This document shows positions 40,315 to 53,164 of a stretch of DNA of 64,000 bases, in pieces; position 1 is the stretch's first letter, and the number at the start of each line of letters is the position of its first letter. Made by a program: the position numbers and the translations under genes. The stretch comes from Phoronis australis. Taxonomy: Eukaryota > Animalia > Phoronida. Under the pieces are notes generated by a model. That model worked only from the letters and a program-made list of their open reading frames with translations. It was not told the origin of the DNA and searched no databases. The stretch is from positions 49,529 to 113,528 of the forward strand of contig NMRA01000868.1 in the NCBI GenBank assembly GCA_002633005.1. Direction: 5' to 3'.

Positions 40315-40635
40315 CTTCACTAGGACATATAGGAATGTAACAAAACGACTTCGTCCACCTGAACGAAGAGTTTGTGGAAGTAGTGAAGCACCACGGTCCA
40401 TTCTTGTCGTTATCGATGTTCCTGCAGTAGGCGGTATTTCTATCCTGTGACTCCATCTCATCGTACCCTTTAATCCAGTCACGATTTTCTTTAGAACTCT
40501 CACTGGTGGATGATCTCTTGATATCTGCTATTACTTGTGACCACTGCGTGCATGGTCTCTGGTCAAGTGCAGCTACTGATACCCTCCCTCTGTAGTTCAG
40601 GCCGCGTTGGTCTTTCAAACACGTGACATCCATGA
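40315..40635 (-). CDS. Exon: kringle domain 1
   Basis: Acceptor cgcttttcag|, donor |gtaatt. 321 nt, phase 1-1. CLKDQRGLNYRG...PCTQW...YCRNIDNDKNGPWCFT...FCYIPIC contains all six kringle cysteines and the GxxYRG, CRN and PWC motifs. Confidence 0.93.
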
Positions 40636-43600
40636 CTGAAAAGCGAAGAAATCAGACGATCAGCGTATTTCTCCGCACAGAAAGACTTAAACTGAACCTC
40701 TTTGCAACAGTGAGTCGCTGACAACATTCCTTGTCCTCTATGGACACCAAGCGCTAGACCACTTACGTTGACAGGACATTTTGTCGCGTTATTTCTGCGG
40801 CTATCTACACGTGTCGCACACAGTATTCTTAGACGAACAAGCGCGGGTATTAGGGACACCCATTATGAGTACCATGTTTATAGTATTGGTGCTTGAACGT
40901 AATACCTCTCGGTTGTCCGTCCAGTACTATAAACACAAAGTCACTGACTCACCCATTGTTGCTGCTTGACATTGTTAGGGTTATAGCTACTGAAAAATAC
41001 AATCCAGGTGGCCACTACTAGTGTACTGGATATTTGTACTCATTCTTCTAAGAACACTGCTAGACCTGTAGATCCCAGAAGAAATGCCCTCACAAAACGT
41101 CTTGATGTTGCCAACGGACGAGAGGTTACTGTAAATATTGAAATACTGTCCAACGAATGTATGCAAATTTTGCTACTTCAGCCGAGAATAACCGCGCTCA
41201 TTCAGTACAATATTTACTACCGTTAATATGACGTAACTGCCCATATAAAAGGCCTGCATATGGATAAAAGCTAGCTGTCTAACGGATTTCCCTCGCACGT
41301 TATATCGTAAATGCGTGAATCCGGTTACCAACAATTTTGGCATGGCATTTTAAGTGGTCCTCCCTCAATTTTTGTACGTGTAATCAAAAAACAACAAAAT
41401 CTAATTTTGTGACGTCACCAATGGAAGTCCAATCTCCGCCATAGCGTTGTTTTATACGTGAGCGGTGTCAAAAAGAGTTCAATATTGTGTGTTAATAGTA
41501 TTATGACAAAGTTATGTATAGAGGATGCAGTGATAGCTATTGGACAAACATTGTTTTCAGGTTGTATGTTTCTAAAAGTCACTAAGTTCACCCTGTTATG
41601 ACACAGGTCCGTGCGTCGGACACGGGTATGGCGGTACACTGTGGAACAAGCGATCAGTTCATAGGCCATTCTGTGCTCGGCCAATTTTGACGATTCGAGC
41701 TTCGACCTGTTGCATAAACGGAATTTTGATGATGGGTTGTCCAAAATGTAAGAGCATTTGATGAAAAAAGGGGAGTATTGTATTTTACGGTTGCTACAGA
41801 CGTGGTTGTCAGGCATATGTTGAGTGCTACACTCAGCATCAAATTGTGAATTAGATATTGGATGTAATGGCACTGAGAGAGTTCTCATCAGTCTACTTTT
41901 GTTCAAGATTTTGTGGGAATGTATGTTGTCCAATATGTCAATGCCGACTACCAGGAATTAAAATGTAGACGCCAGACCGAAGCCTGTACAGAGGCACTGA
42001 ACAGAAGTAACTTTGGAGCAGGCAAGTCATAAACGAATATCATTTATCAGACATAAAATTCAATAATTAGATGTGATCGTTCCCGGCAAACGCTCGCGGC
42101 TTTCAAGGAAATGACATCCATATATCCGCAATTGGCGACTGAGCTTGGACAGTCAGGATAAAGACTTCGTTTAAATATTTACGGTTAGGAACATATGTAT
42201 TTCACTGGACAATAAGTGGTTAAACAAGTAAATCATGATTCGACAATAGGCTATAATTCCAATTCGCATAATTAAGACCTGAAATCAGGGCTGTCCGTAG
42301 AATGAGTAGGCACTGACTCGACGTCACTGGACGAAGACGCCGGTGTCAGAGGTCGAGTTCCTACAGCCTCAAACACGCAGTCTACCTATATATTGCACCG
42401 TCTAACTCATTGTCTGTTTCACCTACAGCCTGAGNTCCCTCAATTTTTGTACGTGTAATCAAAAAACAACAAAATTTAATTTTGTGACGTCACCAATGGA
42501 AGTCAAATCTCCGCCATAGCGTTGTTTTATACCAGCCGTGAGCGGTGTCAAAAAGAGTTCAATATTGTGTGTTAATAGTAGTATGACAAAGTTATGTATA
42601 GAGGATGCAGTGATAGCTATTGGACAAACATTGTTTTCAGGTTGTATGTTTCTAAAAGTCACTAAGTTCACCCTGTTATGACACAGGTCCGTGCGTCGGA
42701 CACGGGTATGGCGGTACACTGTGGAACAAACGATCAGTTCATAGGCCATTCTGTGGTCAGCCAATTTTGAAGATTCGAGCTTCGACCTGTTGCATAAACG
42801 GAATTTTGATGATGGGTTGTCCAAAATGTAAGAGCATTTGATGAAAAGAGGGGAGTATTGTATTTTACGGTTGCTACAAACGTGGTTGTCAGGCATATGT
42901 TGAGTGCTACACTCAGCATCAAATTGTGAATTAGATATTGGATGTAATGGTACTGAGAGAGTTCTCATCAGTCTACTTTTGTTCCAGATTTTGTGGGAAT
43001 GTATGTTGTCCAATATGTCAATGCCGACTACCAGGAATTAAAATGTAGACGCCAGACCGAAGCCTGTACAGAGGCACTGAACAGAAGTAACTTTGGAGCA
43101 GGCAAGTCATAAACGAATATCATTTATCAGACATAAAATTCAATAATTAGATGTGATCGTTCCCGGCAAACGCTCGCGGCTTTCAAGGAAATGACATCCA
43201 TATATCCGCAATTGGCGACTGAGCTTGGACAGTCAGGATAAAGACTTCGTTTAAATATTTACGGTTAGGAACATATGTATTTCACTGGACAATAAGTGGT
43301 TAAACAAGTAAATCATGATTCGACAATAGGCTATAATTCCAATTCGCATAATTAAGACCTGAAATCAGGGCTGTCCGTAGAATGAGTAGGCACTGACTCG
43401 ACGTCACTGGACGAAGACGCCGGTGTCAGAGGTCGAGTTCCTACAGCCTCAAACACGCAGTCTACCTATATATTGCACCGTCTAACTCATTGTCTGTTTC
43501 ACCTACAGCCTGAGCGTCGTCTTCACCTAACTCCATACATGGCTCAATACTACGTGCTTTCTAATTCTTCGTACCTTGCAAAATCAATACTATCCGCTTT

Positions 43601-44177
43601 GCATACATGCTGTCAATTGACCGAGGTCTTCCATCGCGTGGCGAAATCCAGAATTCATTATTTTTTTCTTTGAAATTCGCAATTCATAAATTATTTCCTA
43701 AACTAAGTGTTTCTTAAGTTAGATTTTGTGTTGTAAAATGATAATAATAATACACGGTTATTAACATCAAAACTTGCAAACATATACATGTATTTTAGGA
43801 ATGCTTCAATTCCCGACATTGCAAACACATTGGAGATTAATTTTATTAAGGATTTAAAAACCATTTTGTCAGAATCATGACTGTCTACCGTATGTAAAGT
43901 AATGTAGCGTATTGTCCCAATATTTTTAGTTTTGTTGGCTTTTTCCATTTTTGAGCTACAAACAAAAGGCGTTTTCCGATATCACGGTCCTCAGTTCATA
44001 TTATTGACGGATTAGCGACTACACGTCACAATTTGTTTTTTTTTTCTTTGTTTTAAAAGATTCAACGATCTTGTTGACAACACAAATATCGCTGTTTTCA
44101 ATACTATGGTGTCCCACTGGTAGGGTGATCTCACTTAAGCTCAAACACTCCAAAGCACACATTGACTACATGCAGTT

Positions 44178-44973
44178 TGTCAGAACAAATATTGATTATA
44201 TAATTTGTAAAGTTAATTCCAATTAAGTTGACCTGAATTTGTGCATATCTACTTTTAAAACCTCGGGAACAAACTTGCTTACATGCACTTCTAATATTAA
44301 TGCTTTAGTAAGTGCAGTATTATTATTTGCTCAGATATCTGAAAGATAGTCAGATGGACTTTTGTAGTTGAATCTAAAGGACTTGCTTCGGTGTGCGAAG
44401 AAGTAGTACAAAGACATCATCTCGTGGAAGATTCTAAAGAGGATCTCAGCAAAGGCAAGGGCCAATTAACAGGAAGCTAACCAAGAGCTTGTCCCTTGCA
44501 ACGTGAGTAGTAAAATACTGCCTACACGTGTTGCATCACCAGGGACTGTGAGCAGCAAGAAGAATCGTGGATAGAAAGGTACTGCCTACACATGTTGCGT
44601 CGCGAAGAACTGTGACCAGAATAGTGTATCGTGGGTAGAGCGGACGGTAACCAGCAAGTACACGGTCGCAGTACAGTGAGTGTCAGTTCGGAGATTCACC
44701 ATCAGGACTGCCATGCAACGAGTCTTGAATCTTACAGCTTGGATAGCAGATGAGACATTTGCTTATTTTAGGTTTAGTTATGGAAGCTACTCTAACAGAG
44801 GTCGCCAGTGTAGTTTCTCTTCTTTATTGTTAATTAAGAACAAGTTCCACTTACTTAAATCAATGATTATCATATAACAAAATTAATTACTGGATTTATC
44901 CATTCTCTCTGTATCCATTCGCAATCACAAAGCATCTGTACTATTAAAGTAAACTCATAGTAAGCTTTTGACA
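44178..44973 (+). mobile_element. LTR of a Ty3/Gypsy retrotransposon
   Basis: Termini tgtcag...tttgaca (TG...CA, inverted TGTCA), immediately followed by a PBS-like tttggtggcaag. Confidence 0.75.
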
Positions 44974-45100
44974 TTTGGTGGCAAGTTCAGAGAGTTTAAA
45001 ATAAGTTAGTGTGATTGCGTTAAATTGTTTTGAATCCAGTAATTACCATTTGAACATTGATTAATAAATTACCTTGGAGGAGTGATGGCCTTCTTCTAAA

Positions 45101-45436
45101 ATGGATTTTGAAAAGTATAAGGCGAACGCGAAACAATTTGGTTATACTGGTGAAGAGTTAGAAAAGTGCGCACAGGAGCCCTGGCGGCAGGCCTTGGAGA
45201 TGCAGGGCGCGCCTATAAACGGGAGCGGGAACAAGTAGAGCGATCCCAAGCTATTAAGATTGAGAAGCAGGAAACACTGTAACTCCTGATTGAGCTCAAA
45301 GTGACACTTAGTGGAGAAGTTTCAATTAGTGGTGTACCTAACTCACTACCCATACTGCCAAGGTTTAACGAGCGTTTCGACGAAATTCATGCCTTCATAG
45401 ATCGATTTGAGACGTTCGTCACAACCCAGAAGTGGG
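45101..45436 (+). pseudogene. Truncated, frameshifted Gypsy gag N-terminus
   Basis: MDFEKYKANAKQFGYTGEELEK ... PILPRFNERFDEIHAFIDRFETFVTTQKW (cf. PKLPxF...IDAYLxRFERxAxxQxW), downstream of the LTR and PBS. Confidence 0.8.
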
Positions 45437-45995
45437 GTAGATTGGATCCTGATCCCAATTGGCAGCCACAAGGTGGTGTCAAGTCCGCGGTCATTGTATA
45501 TCTAAGTAAACATTCCACTAACAGGTTACCATATCACATAAAATCGAGTTATTGTTTCACAACAGCTTTCTGCTAGCAAATACTGAATTAGCATGCGCTC
45601 ACATGGCCTCGGCGCCCGGTCAGTTACCTTAATTATTTCACCTGAAGCCGGCTGGCTTTTCAAAACATTCACAAATACTCCAAATGCATTACAAATTGCT
45701 ACATTTAGTAAATATCCTGCAGTGTTCACGAGATACATGCTTAGGCCCAAAATCAAACCAAAACTGCAACTAGAACGCGCTACGCTAGTAGAAGTCGTCG
45801 GAAAATCATCGTCAGCCGCCCTCTTCATAGTAAGAGCATACATAACAATTTTCACAATCATTCTTAGTGCGGTTTGGTTGATAGAGGGGTAAACGGAGGA
45901 AAAATACTCGACACCATTAAAAATGACCACTAGGTGGCGAAAATAAACGACGAATGAATCCGAAAACGCTTATATATTTCACACATTAAACAAAC

Positions 45996-46265
45996 CTGCA
46001 TCTGACTTCATAAGCCACGCAAACATCACGCCACCGCATTGCTCCGATGTGTTTCCAGGACAGGGCAAATTACACATGCCAGAGAGTAACTGCAATCCAA
46101 AGAAACTGTCTGCGCACCAACAATTGAGGATTCCCCACACAGCAGCAAACGGGTATCCCATTTCACTACACTTCTTCTGGCATCTTGCACGGGTGTTGTA
46201 TTTGTTATTAAGATACGCATCACGTCCAAAGGTTTCACGAAATCCGTAGAAGCAGTTGGGAAGTT
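45996..46265 (-). CDS. Exon: complete second WSC domain
   Basis: Acceptor ctcgctacag|, donor |gtttgt. 270 nt, phase 1-1. ELPNCFYG...RARCQKKCSEMGYPFAAVWGILNCWCADS...GMCNLPCPGNTSEQCGGVMFAWLMKSDA has the 8-Cys WSC pattern. Confidence 0.92.
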
Positions 46266-49237
46266 CTGTAGCGAGATGGTTTTGGAGTGAATGACGCATT
46301 ATGACACATGAATTCGATTTTGAAAATAAACTGGACATTTTGGTAATTCGACAAAAGGTTCGGCCCACAATATACTTCTTTACGTTTGGAAACCCTGTTA
46401 ATACAAGCCAGAGATACACGCACTGTGTCGAAAGCAGAACTTGCTGTACAAGGCTATGTGCTGCTTGGCTTATGACAAGAACGTCATCAGTAGTGTGACA
46501 GAAGGCTTGAATTGAGTGCACACAGTGAACGAAATTACATTGTATTTATTGGTCCCATTTTAAGAATATCAATAGAGTGGACAAAGTTCCAGTGGCCGTT
46601 GTTTTTTATTTATTTTTTTATTTTTATTGTTTTTTTTCGAAATCGGCATACATCGAGAAGTGAGACTAGCAGTGGATACGCCGGCCTCAAATGGAACGAG
46701 CATTGGCGAAGATAGCCTCTCGGTAGTCGTAGGGACTTTCTCAGCAAGTGCAGAACATTCCGTAAATGTTTCTCTGCGACGTGTCGCAAAATAGATAAAC
46801 GGTCTGTTATTTTTTATCAGACCGGTGCAGCACAGCCGAAGGCCTTGATTATTATCGTGCTTTTTCACTCTTGTTTATGCTCGGTTTACATTAATTTAAC
46901 TGTACAAATGAAGCCTTGCATCATTTCAAACATAAGGAAATGTTCATGTAATTGAACGCCTCGTTATGTGGTGATGGTCTGCATAGCTTGGCACGGATTT
47001 CCTACCAAAGTAAGGACTGCAGTTGGAATTCCGTTAGACAGTGGGCAGTGTGGTTCAGGTAGGTTTGACAGCTGTTCAGCAATTCGTTTCCAACCGGTAG
47101 GGAAAATCATGATCTGTGCTGTTCATCTTGGTTGTTAGTACTTCACATGGACACGACTTTTCAATTACAGCAGTAGTTATGTTGAGACAAAAACTTAAGC
47201 ACAATTAAGACAAACGATCAGAAACCGGGAGTGAGGCTAAAAACATGAAATGTTGTGAGTGTTCGAAATCTTTGTAAGCGAAACCAGGCAGAGTATCAAG
47301 TGGTTATTTCAATATCGAAAATCCATTTGCAGTGACGACTGTAATCCAGCAGTGTCCAAATAATTTTCTTGTGATTTAGTCGTTATTGTTCAGTTTATCG
47401 CGTGATAGTTCCGACGTCTTTTGAATTAGTACCTGAAACAAGGCATAGGTGATTACACCTTGTAAAGAGCTACTGTACTTGCGTAACCCATCATCGTTAC
47501 ATAGTAATGTGACCGAGTTGTCAATGAAATTTCCGATAACTTATGACCGGCGGCTGATCGTTGGCTATCATGCAATAGTCTTGAGGCCCAAGAACAACAT
47601 GGGTTCACAGACCTGTCCCATACTTTGTACGAAACATGTCGTGTTTTTGTTCGCATCACTTTAAATGTTTTTATTGCATGCAAATCCTCAATACTTCGAG
47701 TATAGCTGTGTTTCTTAATTAGGCTCGGAATGACCTTGCAATGGGGATTTATAATGTTCTTTACCGTTCCGTAGCTTCGACGCCTTTTGGTGGGTTTTCT
47801 AAGACTTGGAGCGTGGGTAAATCATATTAATACCTCAACAGACAATTTTTTATGTCTGTATTCTATTGATTGGAGGTCATTCCTCACTTTTTGGATATTA
47901 ACTGCAGTTTTAAGAAAGTAAGCCTCTTACAATTTAGCACTTTCGTCGACAATGTTTATGATGATAATGACGTTGATGTTGACGACAACTATAACGATTA
48001 TAGCGACGGTGATATCAACGTTATCTCAAGCTCAAATTTAGACTAAAGCAATAGTCCTCGATCTATTGATATTTAATATCTTGTTACTTGGTTTCAAGTA
48101 CATCCGACAAGAATCGTCGAGCAAACAAAAAAACTAGAAAACTCACTTAAGAGCACGTTCATAGACAGACCAGGCAGAGGGAGATAAACTCTATGTCACA
48201 GATTCTCTTTATATTTTTTCTGTGTGATGACTCTTGTCAGACTGATTCCAGACCAACCTTTATTTTTTCAAAACACTCCTTTTGGTTTCCATAGATAGTA
48301 TTTGTTTCCGGCAAATTTTGAGCCTGGCATCAGATGAGTTTTAGCAAAATTTCAACACTTACCTTGAACCATGGAACTTACGTTGAAATATTTAGTCTGT
48401 GTTACTAATCAGGTGTCACCCTCGACTACTTTATTCGTGCAAAATTGAAAGATTTCGTTAATATTTGTCCATTTTAGAGAGGCATAAGATGGTTACTTAT
48501 AGCGTTTTTTGGAAAGGCTAAATTCGTATCCCGATATCTCAGCTGGCACAGGTTTCAGAACAGTTCAGTACCAACCAATCTATTGAGCTACCTTAGATCT
48601 ACAAAAGAAGACAAAACATTCGTCTGGCGGTAACGGGTCATTCAAGTTGTACTGGTTTTGCGAAGCTCAATGATTTTTAGTGGCACGGCAAAAAAAGAAA
48701 CACAGCCAACAAACCATTTTCAAACGTTTTCCTTAAAAACTGTGGTTGCCTCTTTCTCTCTTGCAACTTTCTTTATCTTACAGTGTTGTATGAACAATAT
48801 CTTGGTTTTATCTGAGGTTGTCCTGGTAACAAAAAGATGCTTACTGAGAATTAGCTCTGGAGTGGCACTTGGCAAACGTTAATTTTGTAGAACCTTCAAG
48901 TGGTTCTGATATAGGGCGTTCAAAGTAGAGGACAGTCTCAGGGATAAGGATTCCTCTGTAATTAAAGAGAAAGGTAAAACTACTAGTGACCAGATTTCCG
49001 TGGTCGTTACATAGCCACCAGTGCCTCAATAACTTCACCTTTTGGAGTGGTGTGGCTGGATATTGATATTAGTTTGCCATCTCTATACATTTTTTTGACC
49101 GACACAAGTGAGAAATGGGAGATTTTCAAGTAGCAATGGGGGCTGACCACGTGGAACCGGCTAGCAGTGAGAAGATACTTCATCTGCGCAGTGGGAAGCA
49201 AAGAGGAAGATAGTTGAATAAGAGTGCGTGACTAGAC

Positions 49238-49390
49238 AGTGGCGGATTTAGGGGCGCAAGGAGTCCATTCCCCATGAATTTTCTCTCAGATTTCATTTGG
49301 CAGTACGAAGGTGCGAATGTCTGGCGAGCACAACCCTGGCTAATACTCTGCCCTGCCCGCCCTCAACTCAAAATCCTGTACCGCCTCTGC
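49238..49390. mobile_element. Short hAT-like MITE
   Basis: cagtggcggattta...atcctgtaccgcctctg imperfect TIRs. Confidence 0.5.
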
Positions 49391-52300
49391 TAGATGTGAG
49401 AAGTGTCAATAAGTGAAATTACTTCTTAGTCCTCTAGATGGCAGAGGTATCTTGTTCCACGTGATCAGCTGTTACTTGCCTATAGGAATGTCTCCTGTTG
49501 GAAGCGTTATAAGATTTTCGTCCACTAAAGAGATCACCTTAAAGATGGCAGGATGATACGTCCATCAGTATACCACAAGTGTTGTATAGTAGCTCATGTT
49601 TTTCCATGACTTTTCAGCAGACTCGCAATACACAGTATATAAATTTTGAAAACGTTTTGAGTTTAAGACGTAGCTGCATACACGTTGGGTTCTAATTGCT
49701 AAGTCTTTCTGTCGCTTTAACAGCAAAACTAAAAAACTTTTTCTTCGTCAAAATCACAATAGAATTATATAAATATGGTTACTGATCTAAGTGCTAATGG
49801 ACTGGCTCAAACTATATTTATTGTGACTGGAATCTGTTTGACATTTATCATCCAGTTAAGTGGTGCAAAGTAGAATGGAAAATACGAGATATCTGAATGG
49901 GCTCTTTGATCAAAATGACAGTGACCTGGTTCAAATATGACACTCCCAAAATTAACTTTTCAATATACAGGTGACTTCTATCATGATATAGTACATATCA
50001 CTTGCCAGTCCGCCGAAGTCACCACCTTTCTTTTGGCTTGTGCATAAGTCAACACTCAGATAAGGCATCGGCTTTTAGTTAAGAGGGATTAAAACAGAAA
50101 TACCGGCAACTTTTAAACAACTGGACACCGACTAAATATCCTGATTTCACTGACAAATTCACAACAAGTGTTGCTGTATTGCACTTTGCATTTGACTGAG
50201 TTTCTACAATATCACACCAATAAGAATTGATTAAATCCCTCAGGCAACCCAACATATTGCACAATTATTGGACGAAGATGAAATCTAAAGTATTCCTCGA
50301 CATCATAGACTGTAAACTTCTCTATCCCCGTAATATAACGATTTCCCAGCGCGGCTGAAGGCACTCCAGCATGAAAAGAAACCTTTATCCTGCTGTGGTG
50401 CAGCAAGTCTCCTTCCCTAAACAGGTTATATTTCTTCGTCGCTTGCGCAGATCTTGCAGGGTCTGCTTTGTTGATCTCCTTTCTGAGAAACGACAGGTAG
50501 TTTGTGAAACTCTCAAAAATCATATGCTTTTTGAAAACTGCGTGGTGATCAGCCAATACACCCCTGAGACCGCCTCCACTGACTTTAGCCGAGATGGTTC
50601 ATTTGACCTATCGCAATCCTTATTTCAATACTTCCAAACCGAAAAAAACACTCTGGGTACTTGATTTATGTTTGCCAATTTGACCGGATTAATCTGGGCA
50701 TCAAGAAGATATCACATCCAGATTCTAAATGTGGACATATTGGGACACCGTTAAACATAATGACATAGTATGACTTAGGCCTACGTAATTCACTGAAAGC
50801 CTAGTAAGTAAAACAGAAATTGTGGTATACAGTTTGTCAGTTAAAATAGCAATTTAGAATGCTATGGGTACAACGTTCCTAAAAATATAGATGAAAAATA
50901 CTTGCTGTAGCGAACTAAAAAGAAGGCGCATAGCTACAATAACGGTTATTCAAAAGCGAGAGCCAAAAATATACTGCATTTTTATCTTGCGACACGTGGC
51001 ACTAGGTCATAATCTCGGACTTAACTTACAACTGACACAGGACACTTGTAGTAAGTGCACTGAATGGCTCTAGTCTAGTCTAGACTCCAGCAATGGCAAG
51101 AGGACAGGCTTATCATTTGACATAGAAACTCAAGACTGTTTTTGAGGTCCCACACACTTCATGACAATAGTTACTGTAAGTCAAGATCGTCGGCCATTTT
51201 GCTACTACTGTTGTTGAACGATGGTTTCCCGAAAAACGCGGGATTTTTGTGAAAAAGGAAAAAAATAACTTAAAGCAAATGCACCCGACTTAATGAAACT
51301 AAACTATATATTAATAATCAAAACTATGCACCTTACTGGTATTAAAACCGCTCCAAACTGGTATCGGTATTGAAGGCACTTTCCACTGAGGTGGTTGCCT
51401 CAAGCTAGTGATTCCTGTTGGAAAATGCTCACGGCCAGATGATTTTATTTCCTTGTATAAATGCCATTTGTTGATCTGTAAACGTCTGTTGTTGATCAGT
51501 GTTGTGCCAGCTGAGATATGGGTTCTCAAAATAAGGGGAAATTGCAATGCTTTAGTAGTCAACCTTTGACCCCTGTCAAACAAAAACCTGAAATTTCGAA
51601 CTTAGCGGCAGATTTAATGAGAGTTGTTTAATATTATGATGAAGCTAATTACTTGCTTTATTGAAAAATTGCACACAAAGAATTATTTTGTGCACAAGTA
51701 ATGTTTTCTTATGCATTGCAAATACACGTAAGCCATTTTCGGTGAGGTCGTTGCCTGCTTCACCTCCAAAACAGAGGCCCCTTGATTCCCCCCCCCCCCC
51801 CTTAAACAAGGTAAAGTGAGACTGGACATCCACTGTTTATCACTCCAAAGGTAACTAAAATGTATAGTATGGTCCAAATCCGTGACATTGTGTTTATCAC
51901 ACCTCTGGGGATTTTGCGTGCTGTAAGCCTTACTTCATTCTTAAAATGTGTTANGTAAGCCTTACTTCATTCTTAAAATGTGTTAACTAGGCCGAATTCC
52001 ATTTCGCCAAACGCAGTTACTGTAACAAACTTTCTAACAGAACAGCATAATTGGAGAAAACGGCAAAGTGGATTACATGAGAACAATTTATTTTGTCAAC
52101 TAATGCAAACGCTCTCATGAGCAACACTAATCGAAAACAGCCATAAAATAAAATCGACACGAAAGTCAACCGCGATAACAAAACCAACGACGACATCAGA
52201 GACCGTGCTAGATAACCCCTGACCTTTTCAACGACAGTGACGTAGCATACGGAGTGTCCTTGTGCAGCTGTCCTCACCAGTTCCAATATATATGTATAAT

Positions 52301-52983
52301 ATGCAGACAAATTTATATCTACCACGCGCAGAACTAGTACTGACACCTGACGGAATTACTACTGCGACAATATCAACAACGATGCTAAGTCACTCACACA
52401 AATGAACTTGCGGCGGCCCAGAACAACACTTCTGACACTGGCGACGACGACTGCTTATAGAATACTGTTCTCTGCATGTACATGTAGCTCTTAATAATAC
52501 AGACACAATGAAATTTGAAAACGGTAGTAAGGGCAATTGTGATGATGACAAGGAAGATTGATGACGATGAATAATGATGACAATCATTAACTTGCCGGCA
52601 AAGTCATTTTTTTATTTTAACAATAACATTTTGACACTTCAAAACGCGTACGCCACCCAGTCTCTGAAAACCTCGAATTAGTGGAGAATGGTATGCCGTG
52701 CAGAAATTAGATGACAAAAGAATAAGTTGTTCACAAATACCTGTACCAAATGTCAAGCGACAGTGAGATTATGGCTTGACAAAGCAACATTACACTAGAT
52801 AGCGGCCTTGCGCCTTGTTGTGTTGGGTCCCTTTCAAAACACTGTTTAATCTAGCTGAGATAAAAATAAAGCAAGCTGTAGCATCCAAAGAAACAATTAA
52901 TGACAAAACAACGCACGCTAAGAACTTTCATTTCTCCAAGTAAGAAAAACGTTCTGGTAGAGTGAACCTTGGCGAAACCGTAC

Positions 52984-53164
52984 CAGGATAAATTACATCC
53001 ATCAAGAATGTTGCCGCGTGCTTTCCACCACAACTTTGGTGTGGACGTCCAGGACAGGTGATGTTACAACCAGACCTCCAATAGTAAGATCGTTGAAGTA
53101 CAGGCTGCCAGAGTCCAGGCAAATAGCACGAGCATGTGCTTCCGTCACTTAAACCCGCTTTGTG
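52984..53164 (-). CDS. Exon: C-terminal half of WSC domain (copy A)
   Basis: Acceptor aaattccag|, donor |gtacgg. Phase 0->1, 181 nt. HKAGLSDGSTCSCYLPGLWQPVLQRSYYWRSGCNITCPGRPHQSCGGKHAATFLMDVIYP matches the WSC AGLxxGxxCxC...CxxxCxGxxxxxCGG pattern. Confidence 0.9.

Noticed and set aside
41361-43514. 1.07-kb near-perfect tandem duplication (41361-42434 / 42436-43514) giving twin 172/184-aa ORFs
   Set aside because: The copies abut a single N and differ only by scattered SNPs and a 5-bp indel, typical of unmerged overlapping haplotype contigs. The ORFs show no recognisable domain.
50000-50750. Possible further Gypsy RT/RNase H remnant (114-aa minus ORF)
   Set aside because: The motif resemblance is too weak to call without a search.
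51923-51985. 31-bp perfect direct repeat
   Set aside because: Separated by a single N, so it is a scaffolding overlap artefact.
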